Source: Heptranchias perlo (Eukaryota). From it: a stretch of 64,000 bases of DNA. The notes beneath the pieces were generated by a model. That model saw nothing but the letters and a program-made list of their open reading frames with translations. It made no database searches and was not told the DNA's origin. A program made the translations under genes and the position numbers. The DNA lies in assembly GCF_035084215.1 (NCBI RefSeq), contig NW_027139559.1:1612001-1676000 (forward strand). The letters run 5' to 3'. Shown here in pieces: positions 38,547 through 50,171 of the stretch. Each line of letters starts with the position of its first letter. The stretch's first letter is position 1.

Positions 38547-38686
38547 GTAAGTGCATTTTATTAAAGAGATTAAATATTCCTTTAAGAAAACTGTGTGGCT
38601 GCCTACAAATTGTGGACATTTCCTTGCTTTTAACTCTTGTATTGTTTCAGAGACGCGATGTATTAAATATATTTTTCTCCATTCAG

Positions 38687-38971
38687 ATGCCTTCGGTGGA
38701 AGAGTAGTCCAAACACCGACAACGGCAACGAAAGAGGCAGGCGAGTGGCTGACCATCAACTGCGTCTTAACTGATTCTGGCGCTGCTAAGTTTCATAGCG
38801 CAAGATGGTACCGGCAATATCCGGGTACAATAGACAAGGTAGACATATCCATTGGCGGACGATTTGTTGAATCGTTCAACTGGGGAGTAAAGTCTTCTCT
38901 GCGAATCAACGATCTGACAGTTGAAGACAGCGCCACTTATTACTGCAAAGCTTACTACGGACTTGGTGTAC
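38687..38971 (+). CDS. IgNAR: IgNAR V exon (VNAR), probably with a germline-fused D at its 3' end
   Basis: Acceptor ttcag|; encodes [95 protein letters not shown]. Short FR2/CDR2 region typical of VNAR; followed directly by an RSS. Confidence 0.96.
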
Positions 38972-39009
38972 CACAGTAATGAATCTTGGGTTCCCGTAAC
39001 ACATAAACT
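38972..39009 (+). other. RSS 3' of V (23-class, 22-bp spacer)
   Basis: CACAGTA + 22 nt + ACATAAACT. Confidence 0.9.
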
Positions 39010-39333
39010 GTACCCAAACCTCTTAATACAAAGTTAATACAGGTTATTCTCCAGGTGACTAAAAACTTCACGGTTAAATACTCACTGTCTCTGTCAAGCA
39101 TTGGCTGATATATTAAAAACTTTGTCTATTAATTTAGGTGATTGTTGTGTATATGTTATAATCATATTAATAATGGAACTTTGATATTTCTCCAGGATTG
39201 GGATAAGAGACTGAGAATTCTAAACATCTGCTGGGATCCCAATATAAGGCAATGATTTGAATTATATTTACTGCATCTTTCAATCAATATCTTGGACTAT
39301 CTGAAGGGATTTCTGTGACATTTGTAGCAATAG

Positions 39334-39409
39334 ATTTCTTGTGCTGATCTGAAACGATGTGTGGCTGCAGTGACACACTGACACAGTGACTCGGGCCACG
39401 GCACAAACC
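39334..39409 (+). other. IgNAR: IgNAR D segment (coding 39362-39381, TGGCTGCAGTGACACACTGA) flanked by 12/12 RSSs
   Basis: 5' RSS ATTTCTTGT-12nt-CGATGTG (degenerate); 3' RSS CACAGTG-12nt-GCACAAACC; sits between V and J at ~330 bp spacing each side. Confidence 0.85.
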
Positions 39410-39722
39410 TCTCCAACAGTTATTTGTTTTACTACTCGTGAAGATGACTGCTTAATGTGCTTTCTTCCTTATGGTTGTTACTTCATAAAGTTTGAAATCA
39501 ATTCCAATTCGATCTTTGGTGATAATCTAGCTGAATTCCATGATATTAAATCAAGGGATTATCTTTTTCAGTGCTACAGGAGTTCGCATTGCACATTGTA
39601 AATATCTGGTTCGACAGAAACTGACGGAAAATTAAGATAGGTTAATGACTTCAGTGTATTGGAAAGGTCATTGCAGCCGTGTTGTTTTGGTGTATTTATT
39701 ACCGCACCTTAATTTCAATGAC

Positions 39723-39761
39723 CCTTTTTGAAGGAGGCTGACTGGGAGCTGAAAGACTGTG
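39723..39761 (+). other. J 23-RSS
   Basis: CCTTTTTGA + 23 nt + GACTGTG immediately before the J coding sequence. Confidence 0.85.
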
Positions 39762-39818
39762 GCATTTACGGTTACTGTTCCTCTATTGGAACTGGCACCG
39801 TGCTGACTGTGAACTCTG
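39762..39818 (+). CDS. IgNAR: IgNAR J segment (IYGYCSSIGTGTVLTVNS)
   Basis: GxGT-VLTVN FR4 motif; phase-1 donor G|GTAAGT at 39819. Confidence 0.93.
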
Positions 39819-40502
39819 GTAAGTGACCTCTCTTGCTACTTTATCAATAAGATTTTGTTCAGAGAAGATATGAAGAATTAGCATTCTCGTTAAAATGCTC
39901 TTAAGTGCACAGGGCAATAGCCGAAACTGTTTTTGGAGGTTCGGTTAGCTTCGCTGTCAGTTTATTTGGTTTAAACTTAATAATCTTTTTCAAAAGTGAT
40001 TATGCTCGAGAATAAAACGAACCTATGTTTAAATATATAACAATCCTGTATTTAAATACATAACGAACCTCAACACAAGCCTGTTTTTAAATATATAACT
40101 TACCACCTATGGATCATTTAAGATGCTGATTTATATAGTTATGAATCTCGCCGGTGTGATAGTTGAAACAGTTAAAACACACCCAGCCTAGTGCTGTTAT
40201 TCTCCTTAGTGAGGCGGCGCAGCATATCCCTAATATACATTATTTCTGATTCAAAGAATTAATAACATTCTGTGGCGAGGAAAGTTTGCTGCAAACAAGG
40301 AATTAGTTCAACGTGTAATTTTATGAAATATTGAGTACGAATTACTTTCCCCCTCTAAAATCACCCCTTATTCAATTAAAAAAAACTGTTAAACTAATAC
40401 CGGTACCGAACCTTCGAATATATTGTCCATTCGAATCTTGACATTTGTGACCCTGGATTAACGGCGCATGCGTCACAGTGACCCAGACAGAAAACAAAAT
40501 GA

Positions 40503-40779
40503 TTGGGGCTGAAATTGGTCTGATCAAGGAGCGCGATAGCAAATCGGCCGCCCGTATAAACCGCGTCAGATTTTCCTTTATATTGACTTGGAAAATATTC
40601 GGAATATTCTTCCGATCAAACCAAGTAAAACGGACAGTGAAACTATCCGAATCTCCAAAAGAGCTCGAACTATCGTTCTGTCAAATTCAGTGGAAATAAG
40701 GCCTGGCGGGGTGTAAAACAAGCCGCCGATTCGCTCGGATCCCGTGTCGCGTTACTGGCGTCGGCCAATTTCATCCCAA
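40503..40779. mobile_element. MITE-like element in the J-C1 intron
   Basis: Imperfect TIRs TTGGGGCTGAAATTGGTC / GGCCAATTTCATCCCAA with CpG-rich subterminal inverted sequence. Confidence 0.6.
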
Positions 40780-40964
40780 GAACTATAGGTCTGTGGGAGG
40801 CCTGTTTCCATGGAAGCCAGTCTCCTGGACACTCATATTTCAGACAACAGAAACACTCTGTGTTTAAGATTGTGCCGAGTAGCAGAGAACATTGAAATTG
40901 CGGTGGGTTTGAGTGTGAGAAGTGAAATTCTCTTTTAATGTCTGCGTATAGAAATAAATATAAG

Positions 40965-41073
40965 GAGTCTTACAACACCAGGTTATCGTCCAAAAGCTGT
41001 TGGACTATAACCTGGTGTTGTAATTCTCTTTACATTTGTCCACCTCAGTCTATCACCGGCATCTGCACATTAT
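40965..41073. mobile_element. Minimal Penelope-derived hairpin remnant
   Basis: TTACAACACCAGGTTATCGTCCAA..TTGGACTATAACCTGGTGTTGTAA plus CAGTCTATCACCGGCATCT tail, matching the ends of the 33923-36205 element. Confidence 0.8.
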
Positions 41074-41449
41074 AGAAATAAAGTAAACATTATTGTATGC
41101 CTCGTGGAGAATCGTGAAGACTTTGACTCACTGTTTATACATTTTACTGTCCGTTTCCTTATTTAATTTGAAGAAACAATGTGATTGTTTGGAGCCTGAG
41201 TGTTGGTCTGAGAGATTGGATATTCAGTCAGCATTTCGAAGAAAGGAGAATCCCAGAGCTGATGTGCAGAGTAAGGGGGGTGTTTTTGCCATCCCATGGT
41301 CTGGATATCGCTTGCCTGGAGATTGGACAGGTTAAGCGTCGGTGCAGATGATGGGAGGGGCGGGTCCGCATACCTGGGTACCAAGCGACACTGAATCCGA
41401 GAAAATATGTACCTAAAAATCATAAAACATTGAAGTCGATCTACATAAT

Positions 41450-42600
41450 TCCATTAAATACACCCTGGTCAGGTACAATATGGGTTAGGTAGAAAAGAAG
41501 AATGTGTTTGCATTTACAAACGCATTTCCCATGACCTCGCGACGTTCCAAAGCGCTTTACAGCCAATGAATTTGTCGAGTAAATCCCCCTCTACACTGTG
41601 TCATACAACACTCCCAGTTCAGGAGCACTAGCGGTCAGATAGAGGGTACAGCTCCCGCTACACTGTCCCACCAAACACTCCCAATGCAAGTACAGCACAG
41701 GATAGATACAGGGTAAAGCTCGCTCGAGAATGTCCCGTCAAACACTCCCAGTTCAAGAGCAGTAGGGGTTAGACAGAGGATACAGCTTCCTCTACACTGT
41801 GTCATACAACACTCCCCGTTCAGGAGCAGTAGGGTTTAGATAGAGGGTACATCTCCCGCTACACTGTCCCACCAAACACTCCCAGTTCAGGAGCAGTAGG
41901 GTTTAGATAGAGGGTACAGCTGCATCTACACTATGTCATGCAACACTCCCATTTCAGGAGCACTAGGGGTTAGATAGAGGGTACAGCTCCCGCTGCACTG
42001 TCCCACCAAACACTCCCAGTGCAAGTACAGCACAGGATAGATACAGGGTAAAGCTCGCGGTACAATTTCCTGTCAAACAATCCCAGTTCAAGAACAGTAG
42101 GCGTTAGACAGACGGTACAGCTTCCTCTACACTGTGTCATGCAATAATCCCAGTGCAAGTACAGCACAGGATAGATACACAGTAAAGCTCCATCTACGCT
42201 GTTACAACAAACGGCCAGAGGGCAGGTACAGCACGGGGTTAGATACAGAATAAACGTCCATCTACACTGTCACATCAAACACTCCCACCGCAGGTACAGG
42301 GTTAGATATAGAGCAAAGCTCCCTCCACAATGTCTATCAAACACTCCCAGGTCAGGTACAACAAGGGTTAGATACAGAGTTACGCTCCCTCTCCGCTGTC
42401 CCATCAAACAATCCTAGAGCAGGTACAGCTCGGGTTAGATACAGAGGAAAGCTCCCTCTACACTGTCCCATCAAACACTCCCAGAGCAGGTACAGCACGG
42501 GTTCGATACAGAGTTGCGGTTCCTCGACAGTCTCCCATCAAACACTCCCAGGGCAGGTACAGCTCCGGTTAGATAGAGGGTAAAGCTGCTCTACACTCTA
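41450..42600. repeat. 67-bp minisatellite in the J-C1 intron
   Basis: Unit ACACTCCCAGGGCAGGTACAGCACGGGTTAGATACAGAGTAAAGCTCCCTCTACACTGTCCCATCAA. Confidence 0.9.
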
Positions 42601-43496
42601 TCCATTGGAGAAGGTAGATTGCCAACCTTACCGGATACAAGAGCAGATTACCTGAATGGCCCCTGACATGGAACCTGAGAAAATGTCCAGCATAAAGCTC
42701 CCAAAATGTGGCAGTCAGTAACATTAGAGAATACTGTCTTTGAACGGGAGCAACGAGATGCAGATTGTACTAGAAACACTGGTGAAGCGAAAAGTTTCAT
42801 CACAGACATAGAACACGGCACTTATCGAAAGGAAAAACCTTCTAAGAGCAGAAGAATGTGCGCGGGCAGAAACTCCGATTGGTTCCTTTACACGGATCCA
42901 TGCAAATTGTTCTCCCATGAATTCCCTCCGAAAACAATTGATACTCCCCAGTTTAAATAATCCTAAATCTTACAACTTTCTCTTCCGAAATCATAAGACC
43001 ATCCACTTAATCTGTACGTTCCACTAAACCAGATGTCAACTGGTTTATTAAAAACGGGTTAACCCCTCTCGTAGGATAGTCAAGCGTTAACCGTGGTTCC
43101 CTGAGACGGCCAACAGTGATTTTTAGGGTTAATTTCCTTCCTTGCCTCCTCTGAGCGAAAAAAAGCAATGAAGCAATAGTATTAATATCTCTGTCAATGG
43201 TATTCACTTTACCACTATCATTGGGAGATCTTTTGATATAATCACCCAATTTACACAAAGATTGCAAATTTAGTACTTGCATTCTGTCGCCGTTGTTCAG
43301 ATAAATAACTTGTTCACTTCCACCTCGTAGTTTCGTTAATTCATCTTACATGGTTTCAAAGATGTGTATCATTGCTTTAGTTTTGTAAAGCATCTGAAGT
43401 TGTCCTTTGAGATGTATCTCTTTCTCTCTGACTTATCCATTTTTTCAGCAGCCATTATTTTCCAGGCTCTTGTAGGAATCCAGCCCAACCCTGCCA

Positions 43497-44600
43497 ATCA
43501 TAGAATCATAGAATGATACAGCACAAAAGGAGGCCATTCGGCCCATCGGTCCTGTGCCGGATCTTTAAAGCTAGCCAATTAGTCCCACTCCCCTACTCTT
43601 TCCCTACAGAACTGCAAATGCTTTCACTGCAATTCATGATCGAATTCCCTTTTGAAAGTTATTATTGAATCTGCTTCTAACACCCTTTAAGGCAATGCAT
43701 TCCAGATCTTTGAAATTCTCTGCTTAAAAAAAATCTCCTCCTCTCGCCTCCAGTTGCTTTGCCAATGACCTTAAATCTGTGTCCGCTGGTTACCGATCCG
43801 CCTGCCACTGGAAACAGTGTTTCCTTATTTACCCTTTCGAAACCTTTCATGATTTTCAACACCTCGATTAAATATCCCCTTAACCTTCTCTGCTCTAATG
43901 AGAACAACCCGAGCTTCTCTAGTTTCTCCACGTAACTGAAATCCCGCATCCCTGGTACCTGGTAAATCTCCTTTGCACCCTCTCTAAAGCTTTGATATCC
44001 ATCTTAAAGTGTGGTGCCCAGAACTCGACACAATACTCCAGCTGGGGCCTAAGCAGTGATTTCTGAAGGTTTAACATAACTTCCTTGCTTTTGTACTCTA
44101 TGCCTCTATTAATAAAGCCCGGGATCCCGTATGCTTGTTTATCAACCTACTTAACTTCGCGTGCGACCTTCGAAGATTTGTGTGTATATACCCCGAGGTC
44201 TCTCTGTTCCTGCACCCCCGTTAATATTGTACCAGTTTGTGTATGTTGTCTCTCCTCATTCTTCCTACCAAAATGCATCACTTTCAACTCACTGCGCTAA
44301 ATTTCATTCGCCATGTGTTTGCCCATTTAATCAGTCCGTCTATGTCCTCCTAAAGTCTGTTAATATCCTCCACATTGATTACTACATTTCCGAGCTTCGT
44401 GTCATCTTCGTGTCATCCAGATCATTAATGTATATCACAAAGAGCAGTGCTCCGAATAACGACCCCTGGAGAACACCACTGTATACTTCCCTCCATTCTG
44501 AAAAACAACCGCTTACCGCTGCTCACTGCTTTCTGTCCCTTAGCCAATTTCGTATCTAGGCAGCCACTGCCCCTTTAATTCGATGGGCTTCAGTTGTGTT
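43497..44600 (-). mobile_element. CR1 3' fragment
   Basis: (ATCATAGA)n tail; LEKLGLFSLEQRRLRGYLIEV. Confidence 0.9.
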
Positions 44601-44899
44601 ATGCTATGTTCCTTGCACATTGAAAGTATATCTATTTGATTGTATATCTCACTATAAGACATTCAGAGCTAGAAACCTCTCTGGCCCGTTGCACTTATTG
44701 CGAATTTGGGTCGACGCTTCGGAATGATTCATCATCTATTCATTTTAGTCATTCGCAAATTTTGAGGAACACATTCCAGAATGGCTGGAGCCTGATTTTA
44801 ATAAATTAACCCCAGCCTTCTAATCTTCAAGTGAAAACAATGTGTTCTGTATCTCGCTATGCTTCTTTCCAACCAACGTGAAACGGCCCTCTCCCAGCC

Positions 44900-47800
44900 G
44901 TTGGTTTATCAGTCCATTGACATTTGGATTGAGGAATTTTGGAAATGTTATTGAGGAAGTTGTGGAGAAGATTTTTCGGAAGTTCCTTGGATAAGTATAA
45001 ATACTAAAGAGTAAAGTTAAAAATTGGAACCAACTAACCTAAGGATGGGATTAGATTAGAGATGTAAAAGGGAATCTTCTCCAGAAAGATGAATGAATCG
45101 CAGATGTTAGACAAGGACTTAGTCTCGGTTTCTACAGAAAAGTGTGTTCGTGGGAATGGAAGGGTAGAGCGGGAGGGTGAGGGGCAATTAGATTGAATAA
45201 CTAGAGATAAGTAAGGAGTGCTGAGAAGATTGTTGGAACTCATTCTATCCTCGAATGTTGAGAACAGACAAAAAGCAAATAGCAGATGCTCGGCCCACGA
45301 ACATTCAAACATCCTAGGATGTGGAATTTGTGCCAGAGGACCGAGGTAAAATCTTTATCAAAGAAGGGAGAAAGGTTTACAGAGGGTAAACGTGGGGCCT
45401 TCGGCTTACCGTCAGTGCTGGATCATCTTCTAGAGTCATATTACTGGAGAAAATTAACATTGACTTACAGAGACATTGTTTCATTAAAGACAGCTAGCAC
45501 GGATTTGTAGACGGCAAGTTCTCCCTGATAAATTTAGTTTGACAGGTCTTCGAAGAACTCTACTCATTTCCATGTTTAATTCTGGTCACTGCACCCCAGG
45601 AAAGTTAGATTGGCCTTGGAGTGGGTCGACCGCAGATTCACCAGAATAATACCGGGGCCAAAAGGGTTAAAATATGAGGCAAGATTGAATGGATCAGGAT
45701 TGTATTCCCTTGATTATAGAAGATTAATGGGTGATCTAATTAATGTGTTTAAGATGACAAAATCATTTAACAGGGTAGATAGAGAGAAACTATTGCCTTT
45801 GTTGGGGGAATGCAGAACAAGAAGGCATAACCTTAAAATTAATGCTATGTCGTGTCAGGTGGTTGAAACGATACCAAATAATGGGTTTGTTAATCAAGTA
45901 AAGTTGTTCATTTTCAATATTCGCAAAGGACTTTGCAGAGGAAGCACAACATTATATTATCAAGGAATATAAAAAAGGAACAGTAAAGTATTCTACAGAC
46001 ACATAAATAATCAAAGGACAGAGTTAGGGCCACAAAGGGAAGCACAAGATAAACTCGCAGGTAATGGGCAGCGAAATGGCAGAAATATTGAATAGTTACT
46101 TTGCCTCAGTATTTACCAGGGAGAATAATAAGGTGGGCAGAATATTAGAAGAAAAGATTTTTAAAAACATAAGACTTTTAAGATAGAAAATGGGGGAGAT
46201 AATTGATCAACTAAGCAAGCATGGAGAGGATCAAACCCCTGAACCGTATGGATTTCATCGGCTCATAATAAAAGAAGCTAGGGAGGAGACAGCAGAGGCA
46301 CCATTAGATATATCTAAAAATTCATTAGAAAGGGGAATAGTGCCAGAAGACTGGTGGACAGCTAATGTGAAAACTATATTTTAAAAAGGAGATCAGAACA
46401 AGTCCAGGGAATTATAGACCAGTTAGCCTAACGTCGGTGTTAGGAAAGATAATGGAATCTTTGCTCAAAGATGTAATAGAAAAACATCTAGAAAGCGAAA
46501 ATAAAATAAAGAATAGTCAGAAAGCAAAGCTATGCTTGACCAACCTTACTGAATGCTTTGACGAAGTAACAGGAAGGTTAGAAGGTTGGATTTTCAAAAG
46601 ACATTCGATAATGTAGCACATTGTAGATTCATGACTAATGTTAGAGCATGTGGAGTCAGGGGACAGGTAGCAGAATGGATAGCAAGCTGGCTACAAAATA
46701 GAACACAGAGAGATTGGTTCAAGGGTAGCTGCTCAGAATGGGAGAATTTGGGAAGTGGCTTTTCACAGGGATCAGTGCTCGGGCCACAGTTGCTGACAAT
46801 TTATATTAACAATTTGGACTGGGAATCGGGGTGTGTGGTTCATACAAACGTAGAATATGTCAGGTTGCAAGAAGACATTATTAAACTTGAAGAATGGGCG
46901 TGTCATTGGCAAATTAATTTCAATATATGTAAGTGTGAGGTGGTGCATTTTGTTTCGGAGAATAAGGAGGACACATACTGCTTGGATAATAAGAGTTAAC
47001 ATGGGGTAGAGGAGAAAAGGGATCTCGGGGTATAGCTATACAAATCAGTAAAAGAGGCGACGCATGTTAATAAGGCCATAAAAAGGCAAACAAAGCAATG
47101 ATTTTCATTTCTAGAGGAATAGAATTGAAAAGGAGTGACGTTTTGTTAAACTTGTATAGAATCTGGCTTTTACCACACTTGGAGTACAGTGCACAGTTGT
47201 GATTTCAATATTATAAAAAGATACAGAGGCATTGAAGAAGGTGTAAAAAAGATTCAAAAGGATGATACCAGAACTGAGAGAATATACCTGTCGGGAAAGA
47301 TTGAACAGGCTGGGGCTGTTTTTTTCTGGTAAAGAGAAGGTTCAGGGGTGACCTGATTGAGATATTTAAGATAATGAAAGGGTTTGATAGGGTAGACGTG
47401 GAGAAAATGTTTCCACTTGTGGGGGAGTCCAAAATTAGACATCATAAATATAAGGTATCCAGTGGGGAATTCAGGAGAAACTTCACTCCCCGATGAGTGG
47501 TAAGACTGTGGAATGCGCTAACATAAGGAGTATTTGAGGTAAATAGCATCGCTGCATTTAAAGGGAGACTAAATAAATACACGAGGGAGAAAGGAATAGA
47601 AGGATATGCTGATGGGGTGAGATGAAGTGGGGAGGGAGGAGGCTCATGTGGAGCATAAATTCCGACATAGACATGTTGGGCTGAATGGCCTGTTTCTCTG
47701 CTGTATTCTCGATATAACTGGATGATTTGAGCAACCTCAGACAGTTTAGTTGATTGGGCAGGTCGATACCAGATAACACGCAACATGGAGAATATAAAGT

Positions 47801-48110
47801 GATAAATTTGGAGAGGAAGAATGTAAGAAAATATTCACTAAATTGCAACACTTTCAAAGTAGAAGAAGAACAGAGAGACATAGAGCTTCAGATTGATAGA
47901 TCTTTAAATGTAGGAGGCTGTGTCAGCAAGGTTAGAGAGTAATAAAGCAAGGACATAACATTAGATTTAAAAATCATTTGCTTAGGCCAAAGTTGAAGAT
48001 TGTGTCCAGTTTCGGTGCCTTAATTTACGTAGGATGTCAAGGCCACGGAGAGGGGGCAGAAGAGATTCACCACGATTATGCAAAGGATGAGAGGCGTTAA
48101 CTATGAGAAG
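44900..48110 (+). mobile_element. Several nested, decayed CR1 fragments
   Basis: PEDWWTANV, NYRPVSLTSV, DFQKTFDNV, QGSVLGP. Confidence 0.85.
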
Positions 48111-48560
48111 AACATAACAACAACAACTTGCATTAAAATAGCTCCTTTAACGGAGTAAAACCGTCACAAGGCGCTTCACAGTAACGTTAACAATCAAAAT
48201 TTCACACCGAGCCGCATAAGGGATATTGGGACAAATGACCAAATGATTGCTCAAAGAGGTAGGTTTTAAGGAGCGTCTTAAAAAGGAGAGAGAGAATGAG
48301 AGAGGCGGAGAGGTTTAGCGAGGCAGTTCCAGAAATTAAGGCCTTGGCTGCTGAATGCACGGCCGCCAATTGTGCGGCAACGGAAATCGGGGATCGGCAA
48401 GAGGCCAGAATTCGTGGATCGCAAACATTTCGGAGGGTTGTGGGGCTGGAGAAGGTTCCAGAGAAAGCGGGGGGAGGGGCGATGCTATGGAGTGATTTGT
48501 AAACAAGGTTGAGAATTGTAGGATCGGTGGGTTGGGAACGGAGACAAATGTGGGCTCTTT
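48110..48560 (-). mobile_element. L2-like 3' end
   Basis: (CAA)n tail; reverse-complement match to 59900-60280. Confidence 0.7.
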
Positions 48561-48631
48561 TCTTGAGATCTCGAAAGTCAAGAGGCAGTAAAGTTTTAAG
48601 TGTTTTCGATAAGCTAAATTGAGAGAAACTA

Positions 48632-48765
48632 TTTGCCGTGGTTGATAACAGGCGGGTATAAGTTTAAATGGAGATAACGATTTGCCGTGGTTGATAACTA
48701 GTGGGTATAAGTTTAAAGGGAGAAAAACCATTTACCGTGGTTGAAAACTAGTGGGTATAAGTTTC
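48632..48765. repeat. ~50-bp tandem, 3 copies
   Basis: TTTGCCGTGGTTGATAACTAGTGGGTATAAGTTT repeated. Confidence 0.75.
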
Positions 48766-49853
48766 AGATCATCAGCCAAAGATGAATGGAGATATTAGTA
48801 GATTTATTTTTATTATGGAGATGGCTGTTAGGACACAGAACCTCCTACCAAAAACAAAAAAACAATGCTGTTTGCAGAATCATAGTATCATTGGAGGTAC
48901 AGCACAGGCCGGAGGCCATTCGGACCATTGTGCCTCTGCTCGCTCTTTGAAAGAGCTACCCAATTAGTCCCACTCACCTGCTCTTTCCCCATAGCCCTGT
49001 AAATTAGTTTTAAATAGGAAGTAGGCAAATATTTGAGAAACAAGGTATCGGGAAAGAAGAGGCGAATGGAACTGCGCACATCCAGCCCCTGATTATAGGT
49101 CCCTTCAGGTGAATAGATATAAAATCACAAGCCAAGCCAGGAATGTACAATTTCCCCATGTACACTCCCGCCGTGCGGCCTGGGCGGGCCCAGCGGAGTT
49201 TCTACTGCTAAGCGGATAGCTCTGACACAGAGCCCGCAGTGTCGCGATGGGCCGAAAGAATCCTTCTGTGCTGTAAAATATTTTAATTCTATCGCTCCTT
49301 CACCTAACATTACCAAAACCATTGCTGTCTCTGACCTCTGATGTTACAAACTCGTTGCTGCAATCGTCTAGAAATCCAAACAACTCCTTCCTTAAGAAAC
49401 GCCTATTGCAAAATATTTCCCGGTAAAGTGACGACATGAAATTGCTCCATCCCCAGGAAAATTAAAGCATGTTACTGGTAACAATAATCGATGTACATTT
49501 AATATCTGACTGTCACTACACACCACTGCACAGTATCGATATTTTTTCGCATAGCACATTGATCATTATTCACTCCGAAATTAACAAGTGATAAGAACAT
49601 TATTTGAATGTTCGTTCATGACCGGAACTCATTTATCCCAACACGCCCACTGTAATATCAGCACATTTAAACCCAGCTTCAATGCATCCATGTGTGTTAA
49701 ATTTGGCGGTGTCCGTGGCTGCGAGCAACGTGATATTGACTAGATAATCTGTTTTCGGTGTTGGTTGGGGAATAAGTATTGACCAGGACTCGATATAAAC
49801 GGTTTAATTGTCATTATAGAAGCGAGTAAGACTTTCTTTTTTAATTTTCTCAG

Positions 49854-50171
49854 TAAAACGTACTCCACCGATCATCAGTCTCCTCTACTCTGCAAGTGAC
49901 GAACTGACAGCAAAAGGTTTTGTGCATCTGGTTTGCCTCATCAGCGAATATCAGCCAGAAAGCATTGCAGTGAGCTGGCAGAAGAACGGAAACGCTGTAA
50001 AATCGGGCTTTACAACCACATCCCCAGTTAAAAATTTGAATGGAGATTTCAGCTCCAGGAGCATCCTTAAAGTCACCCTGCAGGAATGGAACAGCGGGTC
50101 TCTTTACAGCTGCCAAGTGTCCCATTCTGCAACCAACAGTAACCAGCGGAAAGACATTAGAAAAACATCAG
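49854..50171 (+). CDS. IgNAR: IgNAR C1 exon
   Basis: 318 nt, phase 1/1, AG/GT; VKRTPPIISLLYSAS...VHLVCLISEYQPESIAVSWQKN...YSCQVSHSATNSNQRKDIRKTS matches IgNAR C1. Confidence 0.96.

Noticed and set aside
38465-38979. ORF-track proteins 38465-38707 and 38551-38979 as separate genes
   Set aside because: They read through the leader-V intron; the V ORF 'stop' lies inside the RSS and is not a defect
39010-39330. Additional D segments
   Set aside because: CACTGTC, CACGGTT and GGATTTCTGT lack correctly spaced heptamer/nonamer partners on manual inspection
38687-39818. NAR-TCR V domain
   Set aside because: J is followed by five IgNAR constant exons, a secretory tail and an Ig TM exon; there is no supporting TCR-delta V
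40474-40502. RSS-like CACAGTG..ACAAAATGA downstream of J
   Set aside because: Spacer is 13 for the best nonamer, there is no partner RSS or coding segment, and it abuts a MITE; likely cryptic or chance
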